NCBI GenBank assembly: GCA_039630575.1
Contig: JBCNUW010000011.1
Coordinates: 1-60,363, forward strand
Length of the DNA stretch: 60,363 nucleotides
Origin: Candidatus Hydrothermales bacterium
Lineage (GTDB): Bacteria > Hydrothermota > Hydrothermia > Hydrothermales > JAJRUZ01
Direction of reading: 5' to 3'
The position numbers and the translations under genes are program-made. Shown in pieces: positions 38,201 to 49,303 of the stretch. Under the pieces are notes generated by a model, which was not told where the DNA came from, ran no database searches, and saw only the letters and a list, made by a program, of their open reading frames with translations. The stretch's first letter is position 1. Each line of letters opens with the position of its first letter.

Positions 38201-40695
38201 TTAAAGATCCTTCAAAAAAGATTACAGTTTTAACTTACAGCAACCAGCAAGACGCAAACGTTTATAAACCACCTAAAGGTGCAGTAATTGAATACACTCA
38301 GGAGGGAGAAGGAGAGGAAAAAACCCTTGTTTTAAGATTTGAAAATTTTGAAAAAGATGATTATGGAGTAGTTACAAAAAAACTATATTCACCACAGGAC
38401 TACTGGCAATATAAAAAGTTAAGTTTCTATTTAAAATCTTATCCTGAAACTTTAACAAATAGTCCCCATTTCTTCATAAAATTTGTAACAGTTGATACTA
38501 ATAACTATTACTTATATTTAGTAGAGAATGTACCAAAGGAATGGACAAGATACGAAATTGATATTGACAAATTTACAAGTCTTAAATTAAAAAGGTCATC
38601 AAAAGATGTAAATAAATTGTTTAATGATCCTAACATACCAGGGTATTATGTAAAGGGACACCCTAACTTTAAAAGAATTGATAGATACATAGTTGGAGTA
38701 AAAAATGAAAAAAACAACAAAATTTCCGGCGAGGTTTGGTTTAATGAGCTTATTTTAACTAGTCCAGACAGAAAAGGAGCCTATTCGGTTGAAAACAGTT
38801 TTATGTTAAATTTAGGAGATATTGGAAACCTTAACGTAAATCATAGTAAGAATTCAGCAGGATTCTCAGGAATTAACCTTATGAGGGAAACATTTTCTAA
38901 GGAAGACTTAGGCGCAGCTTTAAGGTTAAGTTTAGACAAATTATTAAATATAAATTTTTTAAACTTACCTTTAAATTACTCAATAAGAACATCAAAAAGC
39001 TTACCACTTTTTAAAACTGGAACTGATATAACACTTGATAGAAGTACAGCTGAAAAGGAAAAATCAACGTCTTTTAGCAATGGAGTAAGTTTTTCACTTT
39101 CAAGAAGAACCCAAAAGAAAGATTTAGAAAAAAGTCTTTTAGATAGATTTTTAAATTACACCGTTGATCCTCTAAACTACAGTTTTTCCTATGACTATAA
39201 CAAAAACCTTTCTCCAACAAATTTAAGTTATAACAAAAATTTTCAACAATCACTTACCCATAGAATTAATTTTCCCTTTCATGGTTTAAAAATTTTGGGT
39301 CAAAGAATTAATCCAATTCCTAAAAACATAAATACTTCAATTAGTCATTCCCGTGTTAAAAACAGGGGACTTTCTTTTGATCCGAGAGACTCAATATGGG
39401 TTCAAACAAATCTTTACAAAAGAGAAGGTGGAAACCTTGATTATCAAGTACAAGAGATAAACCTTTTAAATTCATTGAAGTTAAGTTTTGGGGGTAAAAT
39501 AGACTATGATGTGGGTTTAAAAAAATTGACAGGAAAATTTTATGGGAAAGACATTAAAAGAAGTTCCAATTATTCTCTCCAGTATAATCCTACTCTACCC
39601 TCTTACATAAATAAATTTTTATCTTCTGCAAACTTTTCCTATAATTCTACTTTCAGTGACGATCATGATCCTATTAATCAAAAAGATAGTCTTAATCCCT
39701 TAAGAAGAGTTGATAACAGGATGAGCTATACAGTTAACGGTAACATAAATACTTTTGAGTTATTATACTCTTTTGTAAAATTAGGAAGCAGAGAGGCTTT
39801 GAGAGATATAAATAAGCTTAGATCACTATTACAAAATATAAATGTAAATTACTCCAGAAATTTATCGTCCAGATATTATGATCTAAGAAAAAGTCCGTCC
39901 TTTTATTATGAATTGGGTAGAACGATGAATCCAAAAATTGGTTATGAGGAAAATATAAACAACAACATAAATGATTCAAGAAACTTAAACTTAAATACTG
40001 GGACAAGGATACAGGAAATAAGTGTAAGCTTATCTTACAGTTTAAGAAAAAATATAACTTATATGACCTATCAGAAGACAAAAACTGCTTCAAATGGAAG
40101 AAATTTTCCAAACATTACAGTTCAAATTGATATGTTAAACAAAAAGATAAAAATTTTAGATAAATTCCTTTCAAATCTTTCCCTTAAAACAAATTATAAC
40201 TATGACTTAATTAAAGATGAGGGACAGAATATTACAAATGAAAGGAAAATCAAAAATTTTACTCCACTTTTTTCAATTCAAGGAAGAATGAGAAATGGTG
40301 TTGGTCTAGTAATAAATTACAATAAAAGTGAACAGAACAACATATCACAATCAAGTGGACTTATTACAGAAACAAAAAATATTACAAATAATTTGAACTT
40401 AACAATTGATTTTTCCATTTCTAAGGCAATTTCGGAAAAATTCTTGGGCTTTTTGAAGGTAAGGTCTGAAATTAACACAAATATATCGTTAACAAGGCAA
40501 AATTCAAAAACTATAATCAACGGAATTGAAAATCAAAATAGCACAACAACAAATCTAAATGGAACAATGAATTATCGATTCACTGATGATATAACAGGAA
40601 GTTTTGGTATTTTTTACAACTTAAATAGGGACAATATTCAGGGGATATCAAATAAAAGATACGAGATTAACTTTGGAGTTAGAATTAACTTTTAA
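35290..40695 (+). CDS. sprA: SprA/Sov-like type IX secretion outer-membrane translocon
   Basis: 1801 aa. SprA-like elements: Q.L..N..G.IG.KI, ..Y.G.EDEII..IE.G, GLFG, G.DY.IDY..G, AYLDDME, D.GLD, EDL, GEVWFNEL. Long amphipathic beta-strand C-terminal part ending in Phe. Confidence 0.82.
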   Translation: MILIFFILNSQANYLDSLLLSNLNRSYIEDSIKNFENFEIKFTYRKKNLTQIELIDLENNSENKIVEALRNKLKEQIEKKTEHRGTGLIPDIVIPVPIELPFGLTDETKVKIGGFQNLSMGVQRDEFRAHSATTPQGSSSPGIKLEQQLKVNAEGIIGGKIHLLLDHDSQRETQDLQTVKIRYEGDEDEIIKYIEGGNQIGTQGSGGLFGIAGKFQLAAFDIEATASREMGNQKELVLTRGGVIVDTFKIEDKDFEKNKFFLIPLERGDEIVIDSIYVFYNDNIESNDTLITNPFKGKTFLFDKPDSLSNRVFTFQLLKRDSAYVNIFFTNVIKLNIHTSQDFILAACYKTKNRGWIGFLNKSNPLDTSNKFILLREYALNNFKDPTWKYMLKNIYYVGQIDSASLKIVRYSSPYNIEQESGRTFLNILGLDKNNDGILDRYVNFGGIINFTPFIDGYLFIPHFEPFAHESLSVKDTIIYRTFSETEILQRDHIYKIITVTRRRPTNINLGITGIVKNSEEVYFGSERWENGKDYIIDYETGTMQILNKEYQTDFSRELKIKFNERAIFQTKKRSFLNLRGNYSISENSNLNFGIDYRGESTADKKITFGEEPKRVFLLNSSFNFERNLPFNLFSFIPWIDDEKESKVKVLTKFSQSFPDPNTRNFAYLDDMESTSLEIFADLSSHSWIYGSLPIFFKDSTNGNVKTPEDYFENNLIWFETNKFLYRDIYPYIPGQQGNKTANVMEIILDPGIKQSRGFASLTQLLSREGIDITSYDYLEVIVRGDRGIIGIDIATEVSEDACFRDIGGNLIGQGIENSEDGANGGWEDGKLQASKEDVGLDMVPDGSPGDAGNDNYEQGNISKINGTEGNGRLDKEDLDSDGFNLDKEDCFTYILDLTYGYYQIHNGFKFYKIPLEKYSKKYGNPEIIRIKKIRIFFTEFPKKDTIYLAKISITGNKYIAQGVFNNGNLVKDPSKKITVLTYSNQQDANVYKPPKGAVIEYTQEGEGEEKTLVLRFENFEKDDYGVVTKKLYSPQDYWQYKKLSFYLKSYPETLTNSPHFFIKFVTVDTNNYYLYLVENVPKEWTRYEIDIDKFTSLKLKRSSKDVNKLFNDPNIPGYYVKGHPNFKRIDRYIVGVKNEKNNKISGEVWFNELILTSPDRKGAYSVENSFMLNLGDIGNLNVNHSKNSAGFSGINLMRETFSKEDLGAALRLSLDKLLNINFLNLPLNYSIRTSKSLPLFKTGTDITLDRSTAEKEKSTSFSNGVSFSLSRRTQKKDLEKSLLDRFLNYTVDPLNYSFSYDYNKNLSPTNLSYNKNFQQSLTHRINFPFHGLKILGQRINPIPKNINTSISHSRVKNRGLSFDPRDSIWVQTNLYKREGGNLDYQVQEINLLNSLKLSFGGKIDYDVGLKKLTGKFYGKDIKRSSNYSLQYNPTLPSYINKFLSSANFSYNSTFSDDHDPINQKDSLNPLRRVDNRMSYTVNGNINTFELLYSFVKLGSREALRDINKLRSLLQNINVNYSRNLSSRYYDLRKSPSFYYELGRTMNPKIGYEENINNNINDSRNLNLNTGTRIQEISVSLSYSLRKNITYMTYQKTKTASNGRNFPNITVQIDMLNKKIKILDKFLSNLSLKTNYNYDLIKDEGQNITNERKIKNFTPLFSIQGRMRNGVGLVINYNKSEQNNISQSSGLITETKNITNNLNLTIDFSISKAISEKFLGFLKVRSEINTNISLTRQNSKTIINGIENQNSTTTNLNGTMNYRFTDDITGSFGIFYNLNRDNIQGISNKRYEINFGVRINF

Positions 40696-40696
40696 A

Positions 40697-42778
40697 TTAG
40701 GCAACCTCTGTTAACCAGAATTTCTCCTCACTTGATAGATAATTTTTCAAGTACTTATTATCTTTTTTCTCAAGAAAAGGATCAACAGTTAATAAATTCT
40801 TCACTACCTCTCTAACGTTAATTAAAAGATCTTTATCTTCTATTAAGTCACTGAATTTAAAAGAGAAAAAGCCTGACTGTGCATAACCTAAAATATTACC
40901 TGGTCCTCTTAGCTTAAGATCAAGTTCAGAAAGTTTAAATCCATCTGAGGTTCTTCTAAAAACTGATATTCTCTTTAAAGTCTCAGAGGGCATATTTTTT
41001 GAACAGAAAATAAAGCAGTAACCCTTTTCAATTTTCCTTGCCAATCTTCCTCTTAACTGATGAAGGGTAGAAAGTCCGAATCTTTCCGCACCCTCTATAA
41101 CCATGTATTTAACATCGGGGACATCTATACCTACTTCTAAAACAGTTGTAGAAACAAGTACTTTTATTTCACCACTTCTAAATTTTTCCATTCTTTGAGT
41201 TCTTTCTTCTTTTTTCATTCTACCATGAATAAAGTTAATTTTAATATCGCCTGCCCATTTATTTTTGATCTCTTCGTAAAGCTCAATACAGGATTTTGAG
41301 TTAAGTCTTTCAGATTCTTCAATTAAAGGCGCTATAATATAGGCTTTTGAGTTTTCTTCTTTTATAGCTTCAAATAGCCTTTTGTAAAACTCTTCTCTAT
41401 TTTCTGTATATACCACCTTAGTTTCAACAATGCCCCTTCCTTTAGGCATTTCTTTTAAAGTTAATACATCAAGATCTCCATAATAGGTAAGAGCAAGTGT
41501 TCTTGGTATTGGAGTAGCGGTCATAACGAGAAAATGAGGGCTCTCACCCTTTTGAAGAAGTCTTGCTCTTTGAGAAACACCAAATTTATGTTGCTCATCA
41601 ATTATCACAAGACCAAGGTTTTTAAACTCAAGTTTTTCTTCCAACAAAGCATGTGTGCCAATTATAAATTCTATTTCACCACTTTTTACTCTTTCGTAAA
41701 TTTTATTTTTTTCTTTAATTGGAACATTAGAAGTTAACAAATCATACTTTATTCCAAGGTTAAAAGTTAAATTCCTCATTGTCTCATAATGCTGTTCAGC
41801 TAAAATTTCAGTAGGTGCCATAAAGGCTACTTGAAAACCGTTTTCTATTGCTCTTAAAGCAGAATAGATGGCAACAACTGTTTTACCGGATCCAACATCA
41901 CCTTGCAAAAGCTTTCTCATGGAATAGGGTTTCGAGAGATCAACATAAATTTCCCTTATTGCTTTTCTTTGTGACTCTGTTAACTCAAAGGGTAGATTAA
42001 TAAGAAACTTTTTTGTTAGATCTGGAGCAGAAATAAAGGCTGGTGCTTTCACTTTATTCTTTCTATAAATAAAAAGTTTTAAAAAAAAGAAAAAAAGTTC
42101 TTCAAATTTAAGTGTATATAAGCTATTATCAAGAGTCTCATAGTTATCAGGAAAATGCAAGTTCTTTAGAGAATCTCTTCTCTTTAAAAGTCCAAACTTT
42201 TTTCTTATTTCTTCTGGTAATGTCTCCGGAATAGAACTATAAACAGCTGAAAGAGCACTGTAGATAATTTTCCTTAAAACATGGGATCTCATAGGGTTTT
42301 CTTGAGCCAAAGAACTATAAACAGGCACAATCTTTCCAGAGTGAATTAAATTTTGATTTTCCCTGTCAAGAATTTCAAATTCCGGATGAAAAATTTGAAA
42401 AACAGAACCGAACTTCCTTACTTTACCTGAGACAACTACTGTTCTATCTAGTTTAAAGTACTCTTTAATATAAAAGGTATTTACAAATATGAGTTCTATG
42501 AATCCAGTATCATCACTCAATATAACGACGAAAAACTTTTTATTTCCTTTTTTCCTTTCACCCTTTGCAAATACTTTTCCCATAATTACAGCTTCTTCTC
42601 CATCATTTAAATCCTTTATACTTTTAAAAACTCTCCTATCTATGTATCTTTTAGGTTTAAAATACAAAAGATCTTTAATTGTTTTGATACCATACTTTAA
42701 AAAGATTTTTTTCCTTGAATATCCTACCCCTTTAATTTTACCTATTGGGGAGTCAAGTGTTACTTCTTGAGCCCTCAC
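40697..42778 (-). CDS. recG: ATP-dependent DNA helicase RecG
   Basis: LQGDVGSGKT, MAPTEILAEQH, IDEQHKFG, MTATPIPRTL, LHQLRGR, DL.LRGPG. Confidence 0.97.
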   Translation of the reverse strand: MRAQEVTLDSPIGKIKGVGYSRKKIFLKYGIKTIKDLLYFKPKRYIDRRVFKSIKDLNDGEEAVIMGKVFAKGERKKGNKKFFVVILSDDTGFIELIFVNTFYIKEYFKLDRTVVVSGKVRKFGSVFQIFHPEFEILDRENQNLIHSGKIVPVYSSLAQENPMRSHVLRKIIYSALSAVYSSIPETLPEEIRKKFGLLKRRDSLKNLHFPDNYETLDNSLYTLKFEELFFFFLKLFIYRKNKVKAPAFISAPDLTKKFLINLPFELTESQRKAIREIYVDLSKPYSMRKLLQGDVGSGKTVVAIYSALRAIENGFQVAFMAPTEILAEQHYETMRNLTFNLGIKYDLLTSNVPIKEKNKIYERVKSGEIEFIIGTHALLEEKLEFKNLGLVIIDEQHKFGVSQRARLLQKGESPHFLVMTATPIPRTLALTYYGDLDVLTLKEMPKGRGIVETKVVYTENREEFYKRLFEAIKEENSKAYIIAPLIEESERLNSKSCIELYEEIKNKWAGDIKINFIHGRMKKEERTQRMEKFRSGEIKVLVSTTVLEVGIDVPDVKYMVIEGAERFGLSTLHQLRGRLARKIEKGYCFIFCSKNMPSETLKRISVFRRTSDGFKLSELDLKLRGPGNILGYAQSGFFSFKFSDLIEDKDLLINVREVVKNLLTVDPFLEKKDNKYLKNYLSSEEKFWLTEVA

Positions 42779-45246
42779 TCAATAACAAAGCTTAGTATTT
42801 TCCCTTTCACATAGAAAATTTTTTTAATTTTCCTTTGATCGATATATCTTTTTATATTAACATTATTTTTAGCAATTTCTATAACTTCCTCTTCTTGAGC
42901 TTCAGGATCAATTTCTATTTGTCCCCTTATTTTTCCATTTATTTGAATGGGTATAACAATTTTTTCTTCTTTTAAAAACTTCTCATATATACTTGGCCAC
43001 TTTTCTTTGATGAGAAAATCTCCTTTTCTGTAAGACCAAAGTTCTTCAGCTAAATGGGGAACAAAAGGCGATAACATCTTCACTAATAAATAGAGGGAAT
43101 GAGCAAAAGCAGCTGATTTTTTATTTTCGAAATTATATAACTCATTTACTAATTCCATCAAAGATGCAATTGCTGTATTGAATTTAAAGTTTTCAATATC
43201 TTCTGTTACTTTTTTTAATACCTTATATGTTTTAATTAGTAAACTTTTCTCTTTTAAATCAAACTTTTCAGGAGGGGATTCGTTTGCTTTTAAAAACATA
43301 GCTCTATTATCATCTATAAGCTTTTTTACTCTCATTAGAAATCTTTCAGCTCCTCTAACACCCTCATCAGTCCATTCAAAGTCTTGATCTGGTGGACCTG
43401 CAAATAGAATATAAAGTCTTGCTACATCGGCACCTTTATCTTTAACAAAATCTCTTATAAGCACAGCATTTCCAGCCCTTTTACTCATCATTTCAAGATT
43501 ACCACTTAAGGTTCTTTTTAAAACCATACCTTGAGCAAAAAGTTTTTCAAAGGGTTCAATTGATTTTACAAGACCTTTGTCATAAAGAACTTTATGGATA
43601 AATCTTGAATATATAAGGTGAACAGTAGCATGTTCAATACCACCTACATAAATATCAACAGGCATCCATTCATTTACAACTTTATCGTCAAAAATTTTTT
43701 CTCTATTTAACGGATCTATAAATCTTAGAAAATACCAAGAAGATTCTACAAAAGTATCCATTGTATCAGGATCTCTTTTTGCTTTTTTATTACATTTTGG
43801 ACAAACGGTATTTATAAATTCTTCTGAAGATTCAAGTGGACTTTTACCTTTTGGCAAGTAATCAACATTAAAAGGTAAATATACAGGCAAATCACTTTCT
43901 GGTACAGGTACAGTACCGCAGGTTTCACAGTGAATTATAGGAATTGGTGAACCCCAGTATCTTTGTCTTGAAATAAGCCAATCTCTTATTTTATAAGATA
44001 CATCGTATCCACCAAGATTTTTCTCCTTCAGGAAAGTGTTAAGTTTTTTTATTCCTTCTTCTGAACTTAAAAAACTGAATTCACCAGAGTTAACCATAAT
44101 GCCGAAATCTTCCATCGCAGAGTTTAAGTCTGAATCTTCTTTTGGAAAACCTTCCTTCTGAATAACAATCTTGATTTTAAGTCCATGAGTTTTAGCAAAC
44201 TCAAAGTCTCTTTGGTCATGGGCTGGAACACCCATTACGATACCGGTGCCATAATGGGCAAGAACATAGTCAGCCGTGTAAATTGGAATCTCCTCATTTG
44301 TTAAGGGGTGAATAGCATAAAGACCTGTAAAGATTCCCTCTTTTGATTTTTTTTCACTAATTCTTTCAATGTCAGACTTTAAAATTACTTTATCCCTAAA
44401 GCTTTCTAATTTATCTTTATAAGGAGAAATCTTTATTATTTCCTCTATCAATTCATGTTCAGGAGCTATAACAAGAAAGGTAACTCCAAAGACTGTATCT
44501 ATTCTTGTTGTAAAAACTGGTAATAGAACATCTTTTCCCTTTAACTTGAATATTATTTTAGTGCCCTCACTTTTTCCTATCCAGTTCTTTTGCATTTCTA
44601 TAACTCTTTTTGGCCATTTTGTCTCGAGGTATTTTAGATCTTCAAGTAATCTATCTGCGTACTTAGTAATCTTAAAAAACCACTGTTCTAAGATTTTTTT
44701 TGTAACATCTGTTTTACATCTCTCACATTTTTTTTCAACAACTTGTTCATCAGCAAGAACGGTCTGACATGATGGACAAAAATTAACAAAGGCTTTTTTT
44801 CTATAAGCTAATCCTTCTTTATAAAGTAAAAGGAAAAGCCATTGAGTCCACTTGTAATATTCTGGTTCACAAGTTGATATTTCTTTAGACCAATCATAGG
44901 ATATTCCAAGTTTTTTTATATCTTCTTTACCTTCAGAAGTATTTTTTAAAACCCATTCTTTAGGATGAATATTTCTTTTAATTGCTGCATTTTCAGCAGG
45001 TAGACCGAAAGCATCCCAACCAAAGGGATGTAGTACATCATATCCTTTCATTCTAAAATACCTTGCAAGAACATCAGTAATTGTGTAGTTCCTTGCATGT
45101 CCCATGTGAAGGTCACCAGATGGGTAGGGGAACATTCCAAGAACATAAATCTTTCTTTTTGGATGTGTAGGGGTTTTAAACAAATTGTTATCTTCCCATA
45201 TTTTTTGCCACTTTTTGTCTATTTCTGAAAAATTTATTTTTTCCAT
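42775..45246 (-). CDS. leuS: Leucine--tRNA ligase
   Basis: MFPYPSG.LHMGH, GWDAFGLPAENAA, WLISRQRYWG, DTMDTF, GGIEHA, QINGK.R. Confidence 0.98.
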   Translation of the reverse strand: MEKINFSEIDKKWQKIWEDNNLFKTPTHPKRKIYVLGMFPYPSGDLHMGHARNYTITDVLARYFRMKGYDVLHPFGWDAFGLPAENAAIKRNIHPKEWVLKNTSEGKEDIKKLGISYDWSKEISTCEPEYYKWTQWLFLLLYKEGLAYRKKAFVNFCPSCQTVLADEQVVEKKCERCKTDVTKKILEQWFFKITKYADRLLEDLKYLETKWPKRVIEMQKNWIGKSEGTKIIFKLKGKDVLLPVFTTRIDTVFGVTFLVIAPEHELIEEIIKISPYKDKLESFRDKVILKSDIERISEKKSKEGIFTGLYAIHPLTNEEIPIYTADYVLAHYGTGIVMGVPAHDQRDFEFAKTHGLKIKIVIQKEGFPKEDSDLNSAMEDFGIMVNSGEFSFLSSEEGIKKLNTFLKEKNLGGYDVSYKIRDWLISRQRYWGSPIPIIHCETCGTVPVPESDLPVYLPFNVDYLPKGKSPLESSEEFINTVCPKCNKKAKRDPDTMDTFVESSWYFLRFIDPLNREKIFDDKVVNEWMPVDIYVGGIEHATVHLIYSRFIHKVLYDKGLVKSIEPFEKLFAQGMVLKRTLSGNLEMMSKRAGNAVLIRDFVKDKGADVARLYILFAGPPDQDFEWTDEGVRGAERFLMRVKKLIDDNRAMFLKANESPPEKFDLKEKSLLIKTYKVLKKVTEDIENFKFNTAIASLMELVNELYNFENKKSAAFAHSLYLLVKMLSPFVPHLAEELWSYRKGDFLIKEKWPSIYEKFLKEEKIVIPIQINGKIRGQIEIDPEAQEEEVIEIAKNNVNIKRYIDQRKIKKIFYVKGKILSFVIE

Positions 45247-48200
45247 TAAGCGGCAATATAACGCTCTTCTTCTTTAATTTTCGGTAAAATTTTTATTTGC
45301 TGGAAGTCTCTCAATCCTGTTCCACATGGTATAAGTGAACCAACAATTACGTTCTCTTTTAAACCTTTTAACTCATCTCTTTTACCATAAAGTGCACTCT
45401 GAGAAAGAACCCTTGTTGTTTCTTGGAAAGAAGCTGCAGATATGAAACTTTCAGTTGATAAAGCAGCTTTGGAAATTCCAAGTAGAACGGGTGAGTAAAC
45501 AGCAGGCCTACCTCCTCTTTCTCTTGTTCTTTTATTTTCTTCTTCAAGCTGTTCAATGTTTACAAACTGTCCTCTTACAAAATGGGTATCACCTGGATCT
45601 TCCACTTTTACATTTCTCATCATCTGTCTAACAATTATTCCTATGTGTTTATCATGAATTCTAACACCTGAAAGTCTGTAGATTTCCTGAATTTGATCAA
45701 GTAGAAATTCTTGTACCTCCATTCTTCCTTTAATTCTTAATATATCATGGGGATCTATTGGACCAAGTGTTAAAGGTTCTCCAGCGTTGATTTTTTCACC
45801 GTCATCAACGAGTAGATACTTACTGTAGGAAACTTTATATGTAACTTCGAGTCCTGATTCAGAGATAATCTTAATTTCTCTAAAACCTTTTTCTGGTTTA
45901 CCTACTTTTACTATTCCGGATATTTCGGCAAGAATAGCTTTATCTTTGGGAACTTTTGCTTCAAAGAGATCATTAACTCTTGGTAATCCACCAGTTATAT
46001 CTCTTGTTTTTCCTGCTTCTCTTGGTAATTTTGCTATAAAATCTCCAGCTTTTATATCCTGATTTTCTCTTATTACTATTCTAGCATCCTTAGGTAAGGC
46101 AATTTCTTCAATTACATTGTTAGAAAAATCAAGTATTTGAACTGCAGGATGTAGTTTTTTTGTTCTGTCTTCCATTACAATAATTTCAACTTTTCCTTCC
46201 TCAGCTGCTTCTGTGTATGTTATGCCTTCTTCAAGATCGATAAATTTTACTTTTCCAGATTTAGTTGCAAGTATTGGGATTATGTAAGGTTCCCACTCAC
46301 ATAGTATATCACCTTTTTCAACTTGAGATTTTTCTTTCACATGGATTTCAGCTCCCTGAGGAACTGCAAAGTTTCTTCTAATTTCCGGATTATCTTTATG
46401 AATTATACGTATCAGTCCTTTCTTTGAAATAGATACAGTTTTTCTTTCACTGTTTTCAGCCACATTTAAGTTAATAAATTCTACAGTACCAGAAAAAGGT
46501 GCTTCATGTTTCGATTTTTCAAGAACTCTTGAAGCAGCTCCACCAACATGAAAAGTTCTTAGTGTAAGCTGAGTTCCAGGTTCTCCAATACTTTGAGCAG
46601 CCAACACTCCGACAGGTTCACCTATTTCTACCACTCTTCCTGTGCCAAGGTGTTTACCATAACATTTAACACAAATACCACCCTTTGATTCACAAGTTAG
46701 AACGTGACGGACTTTAACTTTTTCTATTCCAAGATCTTCAATCTCTTCTGCCTTTTCTTCGGTAATAAGCTCACCAACTTTAACTATAATTTCACCTGTA
46801 AAGGGGTTTCTTATGTTTTCAGCTGAAAAATGACCCTCAATTCTTTCTTTGAGAGTTTCAATAACAGTTTCTCCTTCCTTTAACGCACTCACTTCTCTAC
46901 CTTGAATTGTACCACAGTCCTCTTCAATTATTACAACTGATTGAGCCACATCTACAAGTCTTCTTGTTAGGTACCCAGCATCAGCTGTTTTTAGGGCTGT
47001 ATCAGCTAGTCCTTTTCTTGCACCATGTGTGGATATGAAGTATTCTAAAACTGTCATACCTTCCTTTAGGTTAGACTTAATTGGTGTTTCAATAAATTCT
47101 CCTGTTAATCCTATAACTCTTTTAGGTCTTGCCATAAGACCTCTCATTGCTGCAAGTTGTTTAACTTGGTCAAGGGAGCCTCTTGCTCCAGAATTCATCA
47201 TCATGTATATTGAATTGAAACCTCCTTTGTCATTTTTCATCAATTGAACCATCTTGTCTGTTAAAATTTCTGTAACTTCAGTCCACAAATCAAGAATTGC
47301 ATTGTACCTTTCTCCTGAGGAAATTCTACCTTTAAGAAAATCATTCTCTATTTTTTCAAGTTTTCTTTCAGTTTCCTTTAATATTTTCTTTTTATCGGGT
47401 GGGACAATCATTTCATCAATACCGAAAGTGACCCCACTTATTGTAGCCCAATAGAATCCAAGTTCTTTGATTTTATCAAGCACCTCTTCAGTAATCAAGG
47501 AACCTTTTTCAACATAAATAGTTCTCACTAAATCTGAAAGTTTCTTTTTAGTCATTTCCTCATTTATGAATTCAAAATCTTTTGGAAGAGCCCTATTAAA
47601 TATTATTCTTCCTGGAGTAGTTTTTTTATTCTTTGAGGGCAATTCATCAACCTCTATTTCTGCGTTGAGTTCGACTTTTCCGAGCTCATAAGCAATCAGT
47701 GCTTCTTCAAAGGTTCCAAATTTCATTCCTTCGCCTTTTGCACCCTTTTTCACTTTAGTAAGTATGTGAAGGCCTATAACCAAATCTTGTGAAGGTGAGA
47801 TTAGGGGAGCTCCATGAGCTGGAGAAAGGATGTTGTGTCTTGAAAGCATAAGAAAGTGAGATTCAAGCCTTGCTTCAGGTGATATGGGGACATGAACTGC
47901 CATCTGATCACCATCAAAATCTGCGTTAAAAGGTGCACATACAAGGGGATGAAGTTGTATGGCTTTACCTTCAATAAGTTTTGGGTAGAAAGCTTGTATA
48001 GAAACTCTATGAAGTGTTGGAGCTCTATTTAATAGTACAGGATGATCCTTCACAATATCCTCTAAAATTTCCCACACTTCAATTGGTCTTTCTCTTACCA
48101 GTTTTCTTGCACTTCTTAACGATTCAGCAATTCCCTTTTTTTCAAGTCTTCTCTCAACAAAAGGTCTGAATAACTCAAGAGCCATCTCTTTAGGTAAACC

Positions 48201-49286
48201 AATCTCATTTAATTTCAAATCTGGACCTACAACAATAACAGATCTTCCGGAGTAATCAACCCTTTTTCCGAGTAAGTTTCTTCTGAACCTTCCCTTTTTA
48301 CCTCTTAACATATCTGAAAGTGATTTGTAGGGTTTACCCTGTTTCCCCATAACTGGTCTTGACCTTCTTGAATTATCTAAAAGAGCATCTACTGCTTCCT
48401 GCAACAATCTTTTCTCATTTCTTAAAATTATCTCAGGGGCACCCATTTTTGTGATGTTTTTAATCCTGTTATTTCTATTTATGACTCTTCTATAAAGATC
48501 ATTTAAATCGCTAGTCGCATATCTTCCTCCCTCAAGGGGAAAAAGTGGTCTTAGATCAGGAGGTATAACAGGTAAAACTTCCAAAATCATCCACTCCGGT
48601 TTATTTCCTGAGTTTATAAGAGCATCAACGATTTGTAATCTCTTTAAGACTTTACCTCTCATCTGAGTTGTTTTTTCCGTTCTCAGTTTAACTCTCAATT
48701 CAGCGGAAAGTTCATCAAGGTCTATTTCTTTTAGGAGTTTCTTTATAGCAGGGGCGCCCATTTCAGCCAAAAAACCATCTTTGTATTCACTAACATTTTC
48801 TTCGTATTCTTTATCAGTAAGAACTTGTTTCTTTAAAAGGGGGGTATCACCTGGATCTATTACAATGTATTTATCGTAATAGAGAATACTTTCAAGATCA
48901 CTTGAGTTTATATCTAAAAGAAGGGCTATGGTTGATGGGGGAATTTTATAGAACCAAATATGGGCAACAGGAACTGCAAGTTCAATATGACCCATTCTTT
49001 CTCTTCTAACTGATGAGGTAGTAACTTCAACTCCACACTTATCACAAACTGTGCCTGCGAATCTTTTACCTTTAAAAGCACCGCAGGCACATTCGAAATC
49101 CCTGATAGGTCCAAAAATAGTCTCACAGAAAAGACCGTGTTTTTCAGGTCTCTGGGTCCTATAGTTTATGGTTTCAGCAGTTTTAACTTCACCATAAGAC
49201 CAACTTCTTATTGTCTCTGGTGAAGCTAATCTTATTCTAATTGCTTTTAAAATCTCTGGTTGTAATCCCGCTACTGACTGTTTCAT
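45246..49286 (-). CDS. rpoC: RNA polymerase beta' subunit
   Basis: [36 protein letters not shown]. Confidence 0.99.
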   Translation of the reverse strand: MKQSVAGLQPEILKAIRIRLASPETIRSWSYGEVKTAETINYRTQRPEKHGLFCETIFGPIRDFECACGAFKGKRFAGTVCDKCGVEVTTSSVRRERMGHIELAVPVAHIWFYKIPPSTIALLLDINSSDLESILYYDKYIVIDPGDTPLLKKQVLTDKEYEENVSEYKDGFLAEMGAPAIKKLLKEIDLDELSAELRVKLRTEKTTQMRGKVLKRLQIVDALINSGNKPEWMILEVLPVIPPDLRPLFPLEGGRYATSDLNDLYRRVINRNNRIKNITKMGAPEIILRNEKRLLQEAVDALLDNSRRSRPVMGKQGKPYKSLSDMLRGKKGRFRRNLLGKRVDYSGRSVIVVGPDLKLNEIGLPKEMALELFRPFVERRLEKKGIAESLRSARKLVRERPIEVWEILEDIVKDHPVLLNRAPTLHRVSIQAFYPKLIEGKAIQLHPLVCAPFNADFDGDQMAVHVPISPEARLESHFLMLSRHNILSPAHGAPLISPSQDLVIGLHILTKVKKGAKGEGMKFGTFEEALIAYELGKVELNAEIEVDELPSKNKKTTPGRIIFNRALPKDFEFINEEMTKKKLSDLVRTIYVEKGSLITEEVLDKIKELGFYWATISGVTFGIDEMIVPPDKKKILKETERKLEKIENDFLKGRISSGERYNAILDLWTEVTEILTDKMVQLMKNDKGGFNSIYMMMNSGARGSLDQVKQLAAMRGLMARPKRVIGLTGEFIETPIKSNLKEGMTVLEYFISTHGARKGLADTALKTADAGYLTRRLVDVAQSVVIIEEDCGTIQGREVSALKEGETVIETLKERIEGHFSAENIRNPFTGEIIVKVGELITEEKAEEIEDLGIEKVKVRHVLTCESKGGICVKCYGKHLGTGRVVEIGEPVGVLAAQSIGEPGTQLTLRTFHVGGAASRVLEKSKHEAPFSGTVEFINLNVAENSERKTVSISKKGLIRIIHKDNPEIRRNFAVPQGAEIHVKEKSQVEKGDILCEWEPYIIPILATKSGKVKFIDLEEGITYTEAAEEGKVEIIVMEDRTKKLHPAVQILDFSNNVIEEIALPKDARIVIRENQDIKAGDFIAKLPREAGKTRDITGGLPRVNDLFEAKVPKDKAILAEISGIVKVGKPEKGFREIKIISESGLEVTYKVSYSKYLLVDDGEKINAGEPLTLGPIDPHDILRIKGRMEVQEFLLDQIQEIYRLSGVRIHDKHIGIIVRQMMRNVKVEDPGDTHFVRGQFVNIEQLEEENKRTRERGGRPAVYSPVLLGISKAALSTESFISAASFQETTRVLSQSALYGKRDELKGLKENVIVGSLIPCGTGLRDFQQIKILPKIKEEERYIAA

Positions 49287-49303
49287 TCTTTTAAACCTCC
49301 CTT

